In this document: positions 63,064 through 64,000 of the stretch, in pieces
How positions within the stretch are numbered: position 1 is the stretch's first letter
Layout: each line of letters starts with the position of its first letter
Source of the DNA: Bacteroidales bacterium
Lineage (GTDB): Bacteria > Bacteroidota > Bacteroidia > Bacteroidales > NBLH01
NCBI GenBank assembly: GCA_050291445.1
Contig: JBNKJW010000091.1
Coordinates: forward strand, 1,659 to 65,658
DNA: 64,000 bases
Direction: 5' to 3'
The notes under the pieces: generated by a model
What the model was told of the DNA's origin: nothing
Seen by the model: only the letters and a program-made list of their open reading frames with translations
Databases searched by the model: none
Program-made: the position numbers and the translations under genes

Positions 63064-63999
63064 ATGATTAAATTGCGTTCTATGAGCGAAGATTTACTTA
63101 GTTTTATTTGGAAATACAGGCTTTTCAAAAGAATTATATGTTTTAATATGGAAGGTCAGTCTCCGGAAGTATTAAGTCCGGGCATACAAAATACCAATGC
63201 TGGGCCTGATTTTACCGAGGCAAAAATTAAGGTGGATGGAACAACCTGGGTTGGAAATGTTGAGATTCACTCTAAGTCATCGGATTGGGATTTGCACAGG
63301 CATTACCAGGATAAAGCCTACAATAATGTAATTTTACAAGTAGTAGCTAAACATGATAAAGATGTTTTTACTGAGGACGGCAGAATGTTGCCAGTAATTG
63401 AGCTGGAGCTATCTGAAGCATTAAAACTAAAATATGAAAGTTTTCTCTGTGAAAAGAATTGGATTCCATGTGAACAAGATATCCAGGAGGTTGATGGTTT
63501 TAGGCTTAATATGTGGCTGGGAACTGTACTTGTTGAGCGGCTCAATAAAAAGGCCAAGCAGATTGAAGCTTTGCTAAAATTAAATAAAAACAGTTGGGAG
63601 GAAACAATTTATCAGCAAATTGCCAGAAGTTTTGGTTTTAAAGTAAATGCCGAACCTTTTGAATGGCTTGCAAAATCAATCAAATTGAATATTTTAGCAA
63701 AACATCAGAATAACTTGCACCAACTTGAGGCATTATTATTTGGGCAAGCTGGGTTTTTAACGGAAAATGTTGATGATGAGTATTTTAACGAACTAAAAAA
63801 GGAATATTCTTTTTTAAAACAGAAATATAGCTTAAAACCTTTGGAAAAGCACATATGGAAGTTTTTAAGATTAAGGCCTTCAAACTTTCCAACTGTAAGA
63901 ATAGCGCAATTTTCAAAACTTATTTATAAATCAAAATCGCTTTTTTCTAAAATAATTCAATCAGAAAATGTTGAAGAACTGATTGGATTATTTAACCTA
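63064..63999 (+). CDS. DUF2851-family protein, N-terminal part; the gene runs off the right edge
   Basis: Absent from the track because there is no stop in the window. Translation from the ATG at 63064: MIKLRSMSEDLLSFIWKYRLF...SPGIQNTNAGPDFTEAKIKVDGTTWVGNVEIHSKSSDWDLHRHYQDKAYNNVILQVV. This is the pattern I associate with DUF2851. Confidence 0.7.
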   Translation, partial: MIKLRSMSEDLLSFIWKYRLFKRIICFNMEGQSPEVLSPGIQNTNAGPDFTEAKIKVDGTTWVGNVEIHSKSSDWDLHRHYQDKAYNNVILQVVAKHDKDVFTEDGRMLPVIELELSEALKLKYESFLCEKNWIPCEQDIQEVDGFRLNMWLGTVLVERLNKKAKQIEALLKLNKNSWEETIYQQIARSFGFKVNAEPFEWLAKSIKLNILAKHQNNLHQLEALLFGQAGFLTENVDDEYFNELKKEYSFLKQKYSLKPLEKHIWKFLRLRPSNFPTVRIAQFSKLIYKSKSLFSKIIQSENVEELIGLFNL

Positions 64000-64000
64000 A

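Noticed and set aside
1-64000. Search for tRNA, rRNA, CRISPR arrays, integrases, transposases or prophage genes
   Set aside because: I found none. All long non-coding stretches were read by eye: 14720-16194, 20852-21054, 22571-23449, 35973-36353, 39276-39545, 42456-42762, 50456-50794, 57629-57912 and 62887-63063. They contain repeats, MITEs, pseudogene fragments or promoters. They contain no cloverleaf-like GC-rich segments or repeat-spacer arrays.

Overview
This is an AT-rich chromosomal segment of a Bacteroidota genome. The phylum call rests on the gliding/type IX secretion genes gldJ, a porP/sprF-like gene, porU and porV, and on TAnnTTTG -7 promoter boxes. I can support about 57 protein-coding genes, 2 pseudogenes and several families of short dispersed repeats or MITEs. 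I saw no rRNA, tRNA, CRISPR array, integrase or transposase gene.

The core content is:
- a MarR / fadB-like / fadA beta-oxidation cluster
- murF, ispF, a two-component pair and an ABC-F ATPase
- two GNAT genes, pepP, pcm and a CNT nucleoside transporter
- rplU-rpmA, serS, rnhA, elbB, hbd and accC

All product calls come from motifs read by eye in the supplied translations. No database search was possible.

The most interesting loci are:
1. 16195-20110. Three translationally coupled genes. They encode a DUF2207-like single-pass membrane protein whose predicted cytoplasmic C-terminus ends in CHDA-(CHSA)x6-C, a radical SAM/SPASM enzyme with an N-terminal PqqD/RRE-like domain, and a 4-TM protein of unknown function. 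This is a candidate protein-embedded RiPP-like modification system that I cannot assign to a described family.
2. 44906-46815. An AT-rich two-gene module between serS and an M64 peptidase gene. It pairs an ABC/OLD-type ATPase with a small protein carrying a D...ExK nuclease-like motif, and is a candidate defence module.
3. 14876-15875. A small lipoprotein gene broken by nested MITE insertions. Its reading frame is restored by in-silico excision.
4. 59115-62231. An orphan CheR / CheR-like / CheB / membrane-GAF cassette with no MCP, CheA or CheW in the window.
5. 29343-39275. A glycyl-radical eliminase locus with a short activase, next to two peptidase genes and a membrane-tethered LuxR-type sensor.
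6. 22708-23075. A decayed purU fragment.
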